Assembly: GCA_050949315.1 (NCBI GenBank)
Contig: JBMNFL010000001.1
Coordinates: 576,001-640,000, forward strand
Reading direction: 5' to 3'
DNA length: 64,000 bases
Source: Bacilli bacterium
Lineage (GTDB): Bacteria; Bacillota_I; Bacilli_A; RFN20; UBA1709
Position 1 is the first letter of the stretch, and every line of letters starts with the position of its first letter. The position numbers were made by a program, and so were the translations under genes. The notes beneath the pieces were generated by a model that was not told the origin of the DNA, made no database searches, and worked only from the letters and a program-made list of their open reading frames with translations. This document shows positions 37,934 through 52,216 of this stretch, piece after piece.

Positions 37934-39631
37934 TTAATTAAAACTATTTATAATTTTTTTAAGCGCTTGAGCAACTTGCTGCTCTTTTAAAAGCGCTGTC
38001 TCTTTATCTTGGGCTTTGATAGAAATATAAACCTTGAGTTTAGGTTCCGTTCCTGATGGACGAATGATAATTGAACAATCACCCACCAATTGATATTTTA
38101 CAACATCGGCCGGAGGTAAACCATCTAAACCTTGGAGATAATCTAAATACTTTTCGATAGCCTTGCCACCAATTTCTTTAAGCCCCTTACGGAAGTAAAG
38201 CATAACTTCCTGCATCTTTTTAAAACCACTGAAACCGATAAATTCATAGGAATGTACTGTATTTAAATAATATCCGTATTTCCGATACAAATCTTCAATT
38301 TTACTGGCCAGACTTATACCTTGGTTATGATAATAACAAAACATCTCACACACCAAAAGCGCGGCATTGACGGCATCTTTATCGCGAACATAAGTACCAC
38401 TTAAATAACCATAACTCTCTTCAAAGCCAAAGACAAAACTGTCCTCTTTTTTCTTAGCCTCTAAACGATTGATTTGGTCACCGATATATTTAAAACCCGT
38501 CAAAACATTGATTGTTTTTAAACCATAAGTAGCGGCTACTTCTTCGGCCATATCACTTGAAACAATCGTTTTTATTAGAAGTGGATCTTTAGGCATCTTG
38601 TTCTGCTTACTTCTTTGATGACAGATGTAATCTAACAAAAGTATTCCACTTTCGTTACCGCTTAAAAGGCGATAATTGTCCTTTTCCTTAATAGCAACTC
38701 CTAAACGATCACCATCAGGGTCACTGGCTAAAAGCAAGTCGGCTTGATATTTTTTAGCATATTCTAAACCGAGTTCTAAGGCTTCTTTAATTTCTGGATT
38801 TGGGTATGGGCAAGTTGGGAAATGTCCATCTGGCTCCGCCTGTTCTTTAACAACTATCACCTGTTTATAACCACATTCTTCTAAAACTCTAGTAACTGGA
38901 ACTAGACCAGTTCCATTCAAAGGCGAATAGATAATGCGAATGTTTTTATTGATCTTAGTGTCTAATAAACTCTGCTTTTTAACTTCTTTTAAATAGGCTT
39001 GAAAAACCTCATCATCAATATAATTAATGCTTCCTTTTTCCATTGCCTCTTCAAAACCAAGCACTTTGACATCCGAGAAGATATCAACCTTTTGAATTTC
39101 TTTAAAAATACCCTCTGCCATTTCGTTAGTAATTTGGCAGCCATAATGATCATAGGCTTTATAACCATTATACTGAGCAGGATTATGAGAAGCGGTAATC
39201 ATGACTCCACCCGCACAGTTAAGATACCGCACCGCAAAAGAAAGGGCGGGTGTTGGCATTAAGGTTTTATAAAGATTAGCCACTAAGCCGTTAGCTGCAA
39301 AGACTTGAGCACTGATCTTGGCAAAGAGCAATGACTTAATCCTAGAATCATAACTGATAGCTACTTTCCTTTTAGCTAAGGGATAATGTTTAAGTATATA
39401 ATTAGCAAAGCCCTGTGAGACTTTCGCAATCGTATAGACATTGACGCGATTGGTCCCGGCTCCTAGTTCACCTCTTAAACCACCTGTTCCAAATTCTAAA
39501 TCACGATAAAAAGCATCAATGATCTTCTCTTCATCCATGCTAACAAGTTCGGGAATTAGATCAGGATCGGCAACCGCTTTTTTAAGCCACAAATCATATT
39601 GCTCTTTTATTTTTAAATCCATCTCTTTCAC
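37934..39631 (-). CDS. Phosphoglucomutase / phospho-sugar mutase
   Basis: FGTGGLRG, TASHNP, DPDGDR, EESYG, RPSGTEPK. Confidence 0.95.
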   Translation of the reverse strand: MKEMDLKIKEQYDLWLKKAVADPDLIPELVSMDEEKIIDAFYRDLEFGTGGLRGELGAGTNRVNVYTIAKVSQGFANYILKHYPLAKRKVAISYDSRIKSLLFAKISAQVFAANGLVANLYKTLMPTPALSFAVRYLNCAGGVMITASHNPAQYNGYKAYDHYGCQITNEMAEGIFKEIQKVDIFSDVKVLGFEEAMEKGSINYIDDEVFQAYLKEVKKQSLLDTKINKNIRIIYSPLNGTGLVPVTRVLEECGYKQVIVVKEQAEPDGHFPTCPYPNPEIKEALELGLEYAKKYQADLLLASDPDGDRLGVAIKEKDNYRLLSGNESGILLLDYICHQRSKQNKMPKDPLLIKTIVSSDMAEEVAATYGLKTINVLTGFKYIGDQINRLEAKKKEDSFVFGFEESYGYLSGTYVRDKDAVNAALLVCEMFCYYHNQGISLASKIEDLYRKYGYYLNTVHSYEFIGFSGFKKMQEVMLYFRKGLKEIGGKAIEKYLDYLQGLDGLPPADVVKYQLVGDCSIIIRPSGTEPKLKVYISIKAQDKETALLKEQQVAQALKKIINSFN

Positions 39632-40389
39632 CTACTTATTTTTTTAGCAACCTTAACAGTCGTAGGGTCAAAATTCTCAAAGATAACATTATCAAAAAGT
39701 TCATGAGTCTTTTTATAAATCTCACTATCACGAACAGTCCAACAAATAACACATAAGCCCTTCTTGTGAAGTTTTCTTATTCTAGAAGTATAATAATTAT
39801 AATCCGTACTGATAAAATCGGGTTTTGAAAGGAAATTGGTCAGTAAGTTTTTTAACAAGAACTTGCTAAAAATACTCAAGGATTTCTCGCCTTTAAAAGA
39901 ACAGACTAATTGACCACGAATAAAATCAGGTGCCTTTTTTAAAAACATATTCATAATCAAAGGGTTAAAAGATTTGACTACAAAAAGGCCCTTATACTCT
40001 CTTAACATCGCGATCGCCTTATCAACTAATTCCTCGTTATCGGGTTTATAATCTTTAAGTTCAACCACGATTAAGGTTTGTTTATTAACTAGATCCAAAA
40101 CTTCCTTCAAGGTTGGAATGGTATAATCGGTATTGGCTAATTTAAACTGCTGAAGTTCGGCTAAAGTATAATCATGCAGAAAGCCTTTAACTCCCGTCAT
40201 CCGCTCTAAGTCTAAATCATGAAAAACCATAATTTCTTTATCTTTAGAAAGTTGAATATCCAGTTCAATATAAAAATTATTATTAACCGCCAAAGCAAAG
40301 GCCCCTAAACTGTTTTCAGGGTTGCTTGCATCGTGATAGCCCCGATGGGCGATAGGTCTTCTTGTTAAAACGCTGACATCTCTATACAT
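39628..40389 (-). CDS. Glycerophosphodiester phosphodiesterase
   Basis: IAHRG, PENS, ELDIQLSKD..VFHD. Confidence 0.93.
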   Translation of the reverse strand: MYRDVSVLTRRPIAHRGYHDASNPENSLGAFALAVNNNFYIELDIQLSKDKEIMVFHDLDLERMTGVKGFLHDYTLAELQQFKLANTDYTIPTLKEVLDLVNKQTLIVVELKDYKPDNEELVDKAIAMLREYKGLFVVKSFNPLIMNMFLKKAPDFIRGQLVCSFKGEKSLSIFSKFLLKNLLTNFLSKPDFISTDYNYYTSRIRKLHKKGLCVICWTVRDSEIYKKTHELFDNVIFENFDPTTVKVAKKISR

Positions 40390-40390
40390 A

Positions 40391-41497
40391 TTACGCTCTC
40401 CTTGTCCTAGCTGAAGTAGAAATTACCGAGGTGGTCTCTTCGATTAACCCCTCATAACTATAGGTGATATGAATCTCATAACGAACAAACGAAGGTAAAT
40501 TATCAAAACGCAAGTCTTGATAACTTGTTTGCTCAGCCGTCATTGTTTTCTCTAATGTGATTTCTCCAGCATCATCTTTACTATATAATTCGATCTTTTG
40601 AACTGTGGCCTCATTAATCTTCAAAGAGAATTCAATAGATGAAGAAGTGGTGCTAACATCGACAATATTTAAAGGAGCATTAGCAATGCTAATTAGTGAT
40701 AAGGCCGTAGCCACACCGTTATAAATCATATGCGCCAAAATAGAGTGTGCTAACTTCCCTTTCTTGTAATAGACTATACAAAAAATCGCGCCAGCTGCCA
40801 CATAGGCTGGTAAACTGCGCAAGTCATTTAGTAATTCGGCAAGATCTCCTGTTCCCGCATAATTAGAAACACTGGACATCATATGAATACCACCAAAAGC
40901 TAAAGCGGTGATGATAAAGGCTAAAGCAAGATTTTTCTTCGATAAGGGTTTAAATAAGTAATAACGAAAGATAACCTCTTCAGCAATCGGGGCGATAATA
41001 CAGGTAAAAATCGCACCTAAAAGAGGAGCAACCAATAATAATTCTTCAATGGTTGATTGGTTAGCGTTAGTTTCAGCAACACTGCCAAAAATCATGCTAT
41101 CTAATAAATTTAAAATAATAGTTGATAAATAGATGGCGGCAGCGTAAGTAATCCCACTTAACAAGGCCTTACTATTAAAACCTTTAGCTATCTTTTTAAC
41201 TACGCGCTTAGAAACAAGCATCATTGAGCCAACCACAATCACTGCCGTTATAATTTGAGCAATTGTTGAAAGAACTGCTAAATCAGCGGAAGTGTAAGGA
41301 AAAAAGAAGATGGTCAAAAGATAAAAGGGAATAGCCGAAAAAACAGTGCAATAACCAAGCCCTAATAAAATACCAATTATGGTCTCTTTTTTATTAGGTG
41401 TCTCATCATCCGGCTGCTTTTCTGGCTCTTCTTTTGGTTCTTCATCGACAAAATTTATATATTCATAGCGTTCTTCATCACTATTTAAAGGCAACAT
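40391..41497 (-). CDS. CPBP (Abi/CAAX) intramembrane metalloprotease with C-terminal FN3-like tail
   Basis: PIAEEVIFR, FGGIH, HMIYN; start at 41497 inferred. Confidence 0.85.
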   Translation of the reverse strand: MLPLNSDEERYEYINFVDEEPKEEPEKQPDDETPNKKETIIGILLGLGYCTVFSAIPFYLLTIFFFPYTSADLAVLSTIAQIITAVIVVGSMMLVSKRVVKKIAKGFNSKALLSGITYAAAIYLSTIILNLLDSMIFGSVAETNANQSTIEELLLVAPLLGAIFTCIIAPIAEEVIFRYYLFKPLSKKNLALAFIITALAFGGIHMMSSVSNYAGTGDLAELLNDLRSLPAYVAAGAIFCIVYYKKGKLAHSILAHMIYNGVATALSLISIANAPLNIVDVSTTSSSIEFSLKINEATVQKIELYSKDDAGEITLEKTMTAEQTSYQDLRFDNLPSFVRYEIHITYSYEGLIEETTSVISTSARTRRA

Positions 41498-41603
41498 GCT
41501 TAACCCCCTTAAATTTATTAATAAATTTCTATGGCTAAATATTAGCATAAACAGTTCAAAATTACATTAAATATGTTAAAATTAAGTCGTTTAGGAGAAA
41601 AAT

Positions 41604-42341
41604 ATGCAACACGCTAGGCGAATCACAATTATTCTTTGGTCAATTTGTTTCTTTATCCTCTCTCTTTATTTAGCGCTTATTCCCACTATTTTTAATCGTT
41701 CTTTTTGTGAGAGTCAATTAAAAAAGCAAGAAACAGCCGTGCATTTAAATATGAGTGATGAAGAGCTCAACAAAGCCTTAGATAAGACTTTAGATTATTT
41801 AGCAGGTAAAAGCGATGATCTGCATTTTAATGTTACCTTAAAAGATGGGACTAGCCGCGAATTTTATAGTGTAACACAAGATGATTTCTACCCCTATCGC
41901 GTTTATGATGAATATGCCCATATGGCCGAAGTAAAAGAACTCTTTAATAAAGCCAAAAGTCTAGCCGTACTAGCCGTGATTGTTTGGCTATCATGCACAT
42001 TCATTCTTCTTTATGGTCGAAAATTATTACTGACCAAACACTTCCGTACCGCCTATATCACCCATGCTGTCCTCGTTCTATTATTTATCGGTATTGGCCT
42101 ATACGCCGCGCTTGATTTTAATAGTTTCTTTAGCCTGTTTCATCAAATCTTTTTCCCAGGTGGCAACTGGACCTTCCCTTCTAATTCTTTCATGCTACAG
42201 CTTTTCAGCGATTTACTCTTTGGTATAATCTATCGTTCACTTATTATTTTTATAGTCCTCTATCTATTAAGCCTAACACTCACTTTTATCTCATCGCGCT
42301 TTATTTTCACAAGACAACTAAAGACCAATGAAAAAGATTAG
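41604..42341 (+). CDS. TIGR01906 / DUF1461 integral membrane protein
   Basis: EYAHMAEVKELF and FNSFFSLFHQIFF..GNWTF..S.MLQLF. Confidence 0.82.
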   Translation: MQHARRITIILWSICFFILSLYLALIPTIFNRSFCESQLKKQETAVHLNMSDEELNKALDKTLDYLAGKSDDLHFNVTLKDGTSREFYSVTQDDFYPYRVYDEYAHMAEVKELFNKAKSLAVLAVIVWLSCTFILLYGRKLLLTKHFRTAYITHAVLVLLFIGIGLYAALDFNSFFSLFHQIFFPGGNWTFPSNSFMLQLFSDLLFGIIYRSLIIFIVLYLLSLTLTFISSRFIFTRQLKTNEKD

Positions 42342-42351
42342 TGATAAATCA

Positions 42352-43242
42352 TTACTTCCCTAATCTTTTTTTAATGGCCTTTTTAAAGTTTTTATGATCT
42401 AAAGCAAAGAAGAGCAAAAACGATAAAGGAAAACCATATATAACTATAGGCCCTATCGCCCAAATAATGGGCCAATAATGTAACTTATCGGCATTATCAT
42501 AAAAGCCCCGAAGATTATCATAATAAAGAAAACCTTTAGGAACCCTTTTTAAGAATTCTGGTACAAAGATATCAAGATAAGGTAGTATTTCCCCATGACG
42601 GTGGAAATAAGGCCCATAGACAAAGGCTTCATTGCCGTAGTCAGAAACCTCAATATAACTCCTTAATGGTAGAAGACCAATTTCACTTAAAAACGCCGCA
42701 TTAAAAAAGATGACACACATCTCTAATAAAACAAACCCCGGCACCTTCCACCACGACTTATACGAAAGAGAAAATGTACCGAAAATCAGCGACAAAATCG
42801 GAACAAGCATTAAGGATAAGTGACAGATATAATAACGGAAAATATCGATAACAAAAAGCGTTTGATCAAAGTGGTCTACTGGGTAAACAACGGCCATTAA
42901 ACCACCAACAAAGGCTAAGATGAGAACCGAATCCCGAAAGCCTTGTTTTTTAGATAATAAAGCAAAGGGTAATAAAAGCGTATTAAGGGCACAGAAATTA
43001 GAGGCTCCAAGCGAGGCTAACGAATAAGGAAAGGTATTATCCGCATCAACAAAAATTAGACTTGAATACGGTGGGATAAGAATTTTTAAAAAGTGTAAAG
43101 CAAAATTAATAAAAGCTAAAATTAACAAAAAGCGCTTTTGGACTTTCGCCTCTTTTCCTTTAAAAAGATACCAAGTTAAAAGTAGGCTTATCGGAATTAA
43201 AGCCAAGGTTAAAACATAATGAGCTGTGCCAAAATAGAACAT
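42352..43242 (-). CDS. YwaF / TMEM164-like membrane protein
   Basis: FGTAH, NFCAL, AVVYP, RYYICH pattern with multiple TM. Confidence 0.65.
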   Translation of the reverse strand: MFYFGTAHYVLTLALIPISLLLTWYLFKGKEAKVQKRFLLILAFINFALHFLKILIPPYSSLIFVDADNTFPYSLASLGASNFCALNTLLLPFALLSKKQGFRDSVLILAFVGGLMAVVYPVDHFDQTLFVIDIFRYYICHLSLMLVPILSLIFGTFSLSYKSWWKVPGFVLLEMCVIFFNAAFLSEIGLLPLRSYIEVSDYGNEAFVYGPYFHRHGEILPYLDIFVPEFLKRVPKGFLYYDNLRGFYDNADKLHYWPIIWAIGPIVIYGFPLSFLLFFALDHKNFKKAIKKRLGK

Positions 43243-43345
43243 TACTCTTCTCCTTAAATTTACAATATTTTAACATATTTTTGACTGATACACTAAAAAA
43301 GATAGTAAGTCCCTGCTATCTTTAAAAATATTGAATGATTTTTTG

Positions 43346-43996
43346 TTATTGAAAATCTATAACTTCAGTTGCTATCTGTTCAAATGTGCCTAAATCCTTC
43401 TCATCACCATAGTTAATGATGATTTGCAAAACTTTATCAAGCTTATACTTTGCTTCTATGTGTATTGGCATAATAACACTGCCAACATCAAATGTATCCC
43501 AAAAATTAATAAGGGTACGACTGTCCCTTATGTCGGCAGTAAAAACACCATTTTCTTTATCGTTTATATAATAAGAGAAACTCTTATCTCTAAAAACACA
43601 AGTAAAAATGCGCAGTCCAATAGCAGGTCCAGAACGAACTTTCTTTAGATATTCATTGGGCGTTAGTGTGCCTTTTTCAATAATTGGCTCGCCACTTTGA
43701 ACCAGTTCTCCACTCGCGTCTCTTACATAATAAATTACTTCTTTTTTATAATCACAATCGTATCTATCTTCATTTTTAAAAATTTGATAAAGTATTTTCG
43801 TTTTTACTAAACTAAGGAGTTTACCATCAGCATCAAAGGTTTTATTCTCGCTGTTATATATTATTTCCGAATAACGTTCTATTTTAAGTAATCTCGAAAT
43901 AATTTTAGCTTTTCTATCAAGAAAATAAGATACACAAATCATAAAAATTGAAACACAGAATTGCATAAGTAAAATGATTTTAACTCTATATGACAT
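43346..43996 (-). CDS. Membrane-anchored hypothetical protein, paralog of 44244-44915
   Basis: N-terminal TM; shares IIYNSENKT.D.DGK, GELVQ.GE..IEKGTLTP.EYL, GLRIF, INYG.EK and IDFQ end with its neighbour. Confidence 0.8.
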   Translation of the reverse strand: MSYRVKIILLMQFCVSIFMICVSYFLDRKAKIISRLLKIERYSEIIYNSENKTFDADGKLLSLVKTKILYQIFKNEDRYDCDYKKEVIYYVRDASGELVQSGEPIIEKGTLTPNEYLKKVRSGPAIGLRIFTCVFRDKSFSYYINDKENGVFTADIRDSRTLINFWDTFDVGSVIMPIHIEAKYKLDKVLQIIINYGDEKDLGTFEQIATEVIDFQ

Positions 43997-44076
43997 CACC
44001 TACCGCCTCCACTCATATTTAAAATAGCAAAAGCACATTCTCCATCCTTACTAGGACTATACCACACGTAACCCAT
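43996..44076 (-). CDS. 26-aa mini-ORF homologous to the C-terminus of 44915-46294
   Basis: AGGAG RBS plus ATG; MGYVWYSPSKDGECAFAILNMSGGGR*; TGATG overlap with the next gene. Confidence 0.65.
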   Translation of the reverse strand: MGYVWYSPSKDGECAFAILNMSGGGR

Positions 44077-44243
44077 TCTACTCCTTTTCTCCTAATTATC
44101 AAGTTTTCAAGATTTTCGTTGCATTTCTAGCAAATTCTATATGAAGTTTTTTAAATATTATCAATAGAAAATGTTTTGCCTCTTCTTTAATAAAAAAACT
44201 AAAAAAAGATAGCAGTCATAACCACTATCTTTTTAAAATCATA

Positions 44244-44915
44244 TTATTGAAAATCTATGGCTTCGTTCTTAATTTGCTTGCCACCAGCTTTTTCGTTACC
44301 GTAATTAATCATAATTTGAGAGAATTTATTAGAATTATGCTTTACCTCTATATGCATTGGTAAAACAGCATTTTCAATCTTTCCCCGATTCCAAAAAATT
44401 TCAAACCCACGGCCACTAGTGATATCAGCACTAAAGGTACCTTCTTTTTTATTGTGTAAGTAGGACGAAAAACTTCCTTCTCTGAACTCGCAATTAAAAA
44501 TACGTAACCCTACTGCTGATTTCACAACATTACCTTTATTTAAATATTCAGCAGGGGTTAATGTTCCTTTTTCAATATTGGTTTCCCCATTTTGAACCAA
44601 TTCTCCGTTCGCGTTTCTTACAAAATAAGTTACTTCTTTTTCGAATTTACAATCATAACTATCAGCATTTTTAAAAAATTGATAAACAGCCTTTGTAACT
44701 ATTGAACTAAGAACCTTCCCATCATTATCAAGCGTTTTATTCTCGCTATTATAAATGATTTTTGAATAATCTTTTACATCAAGCATTGCCATAAGATATT
44801 TGTACTTTGGTCCACCTAGAGCAAGACGCAAGCCAACTGCGATAATCATACACGCTAATGAAAAGAAAAAAACGCTGCTATTCAAAACACTACTATTCAA
44901 AACACTACTATTCAT
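44244..44915 (-). CDS. Membrane-anchored hypothetical protein coupled to the upstream secreted protein
   Basis: TAATG stop/start overlap; N-terminal TM; paralog of 43346-43996. Confidence 0.8.
   Translation of the reverse strand: MNSSVLNSSVLNSSVFFFSLACMIIAVGLRLALGGPKYKYLMAMLDVKDYSKIIYNSENKTLDNDGKVLSSIVTKAVYQFFKNADSYDCKFEKEVTYFVRNANGELVQNGETNIEKGTLTPAEYLNKGNVVKSAVGLRIFNCEFREGSFSSYLHNKKEGTFSADITSGRGFEIFWNRGKIENAVLPMHIEVKHNSNKFSQIMINYGNEKAGGKQIKNEAIDFQ
44869..44913. repeat. 3 x 15-bp tandem repeat (NSSVL/NSSVF units)
   Basis: AAAACGCTGCTATTC, AAAACACTACTATTC, AAAACACTACTATTC. Confidence 0.85.
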
Positions 44916-46294
44916 TAGCGAACACCTTCAATCAAAGCCAAACTGGCAAAAATACACTCATCATCGTTGCTGGGATTACTAGGCGTTGAATCGTCTATAC
45001 TCGTCGCTATTGATAACATGTAGGAAATACCTGCCAGAGCCACCCCAGCAACTGGTACATAAATGAATACAACCGATAACACAAAAAGCGCAGAACTACA
45101 ACCAATGGCTACGTAATTACTGTTACAACTTACTTTACCATAAACATAATCTGACAGAAACTCAATTCCTGTATGATAATTGCCATTACTATCATAAGCA
45201 CTATTAATAAAATTATAAGTGCCTATAGTAGATGAAGCATTATTTAGAATATAGTGACCAGAAAGTTCGTATTTAGCATAAGTATATTCTTTTATATATC
45301 TCCCAAATGTGGCATCACTGCCAGTTACATCAACATCTTTTGCCATTGGATAATTTTTTGAAAGACAAATAATGACCCTAGTGCCATTATTATATTGAAA
45401 TCGGTCTGTTGCCGCTTCGGGATTCGGTTGGTTCATATTTAAAACCCAAGTACAAGCCTCTGTTTGGTTTAAATTTGTTTCTTCTAATTCTAGATTTGAA
45501 TCATATATGTATTCATCATATCTTAGATCATAACTGAATTTGGTTTGGAAGTTTACATTGTCAAGAAATCTAAAATCTTCTTCTCTTACACCAATAGATA
45601 GAAAATTTTTGTCCCGAAAATCATTATATGGCGGTTGAATCCAGGTAGCGGTTGTTTTTAAAGCCACATAATTATTTGCTTTTTGGTATGTCAATGTTGT
45701 TACCACAGATAAATAGGAGTTGGGTATCTGTTCTGGAGAAGCAGAGGTATTATTAGCGAGTATTGTGAAACTTTTATATACGTTGCCTTCCGAATTATGC
45801 GCATATATTGTATAACTTCCCTCTCTGTCAAATAATGTTCCACTATCAAAAGAAACATAACTACCATTATTCACAGAATACATAGCATAGGCATTCTGTG
45901 TGGCGTTCAAATTATACGTAACAGTTACTGTTCCATGTGTTGATCCACCATTTGTTACTCCACTCAAGTATATTTCTGGCAGTAAAAAAAGAGGTGGTTC
46001 AACTGGACCTCTTGTGTTACTTTCCTTATACTTCCTTGACTTAGTAGCTTCTTCAACTCTTTTACTTGCTTTTGAAATTTGTTTTTCTTTTACAATATTG
46101 GTTTTTATTTCAAAATCAAGACTACTAATTTCAACCTTGTCCTTATTACTCTTACTATCTACTTCGTAATATTTGGTTGTTTCTCTAGTTACAACATCAT
46201 CGGCAAAAAGTTTTATTTTTTGATGATTTGTAAACACAAATAATGCACCAGTAATAATAAAAGCAATTGCTAAAATAAATGTTGTTTTCTTCAT
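44915..46294 (-). CDS. Secreted or anchored hypothetical protein with Ig-like segment and C-terminal hydrophobic hairpin
   Basis: Signal MKKTTFILAIAFIITGALFVF; PEIYLSGVTNGG...GSYTIYA...SFTI; YVAIGCSSALFVLSVVFIYVPVAGVALAGISYMLSIA. Confidence 0.78.
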   Translation of the reverse strand: MKKTTFILAIAFIITGALFVFTNHQKIKLFADDVVTRETTKYYEVDSKSNKDKVEISSLDFEIKTNIVKEKQISKASKRVEEATKSRKYKESNTRGPVEPPLFLLPEIYLSGVTNGGSTHGTVTVTYNLNATQNAYAMYSVNNGSYVSFDSGTLFDREGSYTIYAHNSEGNVYKSFTILANNTSASPEQIPNSYLSVVTTLTYQKANNYVALKTTATWIQPPYNDFRDKNFLSIGVREEDFRFLDNVNFQTKFSYDLRYDEYIYDSNLELEETNLNQTEACTWVLNMNQPNPEAATDRFQYNNGTRVIICLSKNYPMAKDVDVTGSDATFGRYIKEYTYAKYELSGHYILNNASSTIGTYNFINSAYDSNGNYHTGIEFLSDYVYGKVSCNSNYVAIGCSSALFVLSVVFIYVPVAGVALAGISYMLSIATSIDDSTPSNPSNDDECIFASLALIEGVR

Positions 46295-46470
46295 TTTAAT
46301 TATTTCTCCTTTCTCTATATACCCCCACCATACTCCTCTTAAAATTGAATGTCAAGCCATCGAAAAAGGCCTTTCATATGAAAGAAAAAACACATTAAAA
46401 TGATTATTGACGCTATATCCAAATGTTTTTACAAAACCACTCTTTTAGAAATTATTTAAATAAAAAAAAG

Positions 46471-46584
46471 ACCTGGCAACTTGCTATTCTCGCATGAACA
46501 CGCCATACTACCTTCGCCGTTGAGGTGCTTAACTTCTGTGTTCGGGATGGGAACAGGTGTGACCACCTCGCCATCGTCACCAGA
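46471..46584 (-). rRNA. rrf: 5S rRNA
   Basis: TCTGGTG...CCCATCCCGAACACAGAAGTTAAG...TGCCAGG. Confidence 0.96.
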
Positions 46585-46683
46585 TCTTTTTTAGAAAGAA
46601 GATAAATCTTTCAAAACTAGATGCAAACATGTTTAAGATTTTCTATTGAGTTAAAATTTATGAGCGTTTATTAATAAATAATA

Positions 46684-49578
<2,895 letters not shown>

Positions 49579-49819
49579 TACTTTTTTAATTCTCATAAAA
49601 ACTCTAAAGATCGCTAATTAAATGTCTTCCACTGTTCAAGTGAAATTCAATAAAATCTTCGCGTCTTTCTAGAAAGAACATGTTTACTATCTAGTTTTCA
49701 AAAATCTATCTTCTCATTGAATGATGCATTGATCATTCAAAACTAAACAGAATACCTTGCGTCATAGCTAAGGTTTTTTTGTTATGCCAGCCGTCGTTTA
49801 GCTGGCGCTTTCTCCATAG

Positions 49820-51334
<1,515 letters not shown>

Positions 51335-51473
51335 AGTGTTTTTTAAACAGGTTTCTCCTGTAAATTTTAAGTTTGTTTAACCCTTAGCTTTTTTAATAAT
51401 TAGTAATTAAAATTGACGTTGTATTCTGTTTAGTTTTCAAAAATCAATGCCCCACTCTTCAGTAGGCTTGTAT

Positions 51474-51624
51474 ATTCTAGCATTACTACACTGCTCTGTC
51501 AAGCCTTTTTAACCTTTATCTAAGCGGGGTCGGTGGACAAAAAAAGCGAACATTTAGTGTGTAACTTATGATCAGCTTTTTTAGAGTGCCTTTGTTATTA
51601 TATCGCACTTTATAATTTTTGCAA
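51474..51624 (-). promoter_or_regulatory. Tandem rrn promoters P1 and P2
   Basis: P1 TTGCAA-16-TATAAT (51624-51597); P2 TTGACA-17-TAGAAT with extended TG (51502-51474). Confidence 0.75.
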
Positions 51625-51680
51625 CAACTTTTTAAACTTTTAATTATTTTTTATAAAAACTCGGATTTTCTCGACCTTTT

Positions 51681-52133
51681 TTAGATTCCTAACTCCGCAC
51701 TATCTAGTAAAATTGTCACTGGTCCTTCATTGATAAGACTTACTTGCATAACCGCCTGAAAACGTCCAGCTTCTACCACTAAACCCAAGTCTTCTAACTC
51801 GCGATTAAAGAGCGCATAAAGAGCGCTGGCCTCAGTAGCGTTTAAGGCCTTGGTAAAGCTTGGACGCCGCCCTTCTTTACAATCAGCATACAGGGTAAAT
51901 TGTGAGATAGAAAGGATACTGCCCTTAAGCTCGGCTAGCGAGCAATTCATCTTCCCCTTTTCATCATTTAAAATCCTTAGATCATGCACCTTTTTAGCCA
52001 TCTTCTTAACTATTCCTTCATTGTCACCTTGGGTAAAACCCACCAAAAGTAGATAACCAAAACCACAGGAACCAACTAACTCTTCATCGATATGAACACT
52101 GGCCTTACTAACCCTTTGAATAAGTACTCGCAT
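51681..52133 (-). CDS. dtd: D-aminoacyl-tRNA deacylase
   Basis: QRV..ASV, SQFTL, GRRPSF, NEGPVT. Confidence 0.96.
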   Translation of the reverse strand: MRVLIQRVSKASVHIDEELVGSCGFGYLLLVGFTQGDNEGIVKKMAKKVHDLRILNDEKGKMNCSLAELKGSILSISQFTLYADCKEGRRPSFTKALNATEASALYALFNRELEDLGLVVEAGRFQAVMQVSLINEGPVTILLDSAELGI

Positions 52134-52216
52134 AAACTCCTCCTTAATATATAAATAATAAATACCTTATTAGTATTCTACCATTATAGGAAGAAAAATA
52201 GTAAAATAAAAGGAGG

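Noticed and set aside
49579-49819. tRNA in the 16S-23S spacer, or an intervening sequence in 23S
   Set aside because: No cloverleaf; spacer repeats are the normal boxA and RNase III processing stems pairing with ~46600 and ~51430; 23S length (~2.9 kb) is ordinary
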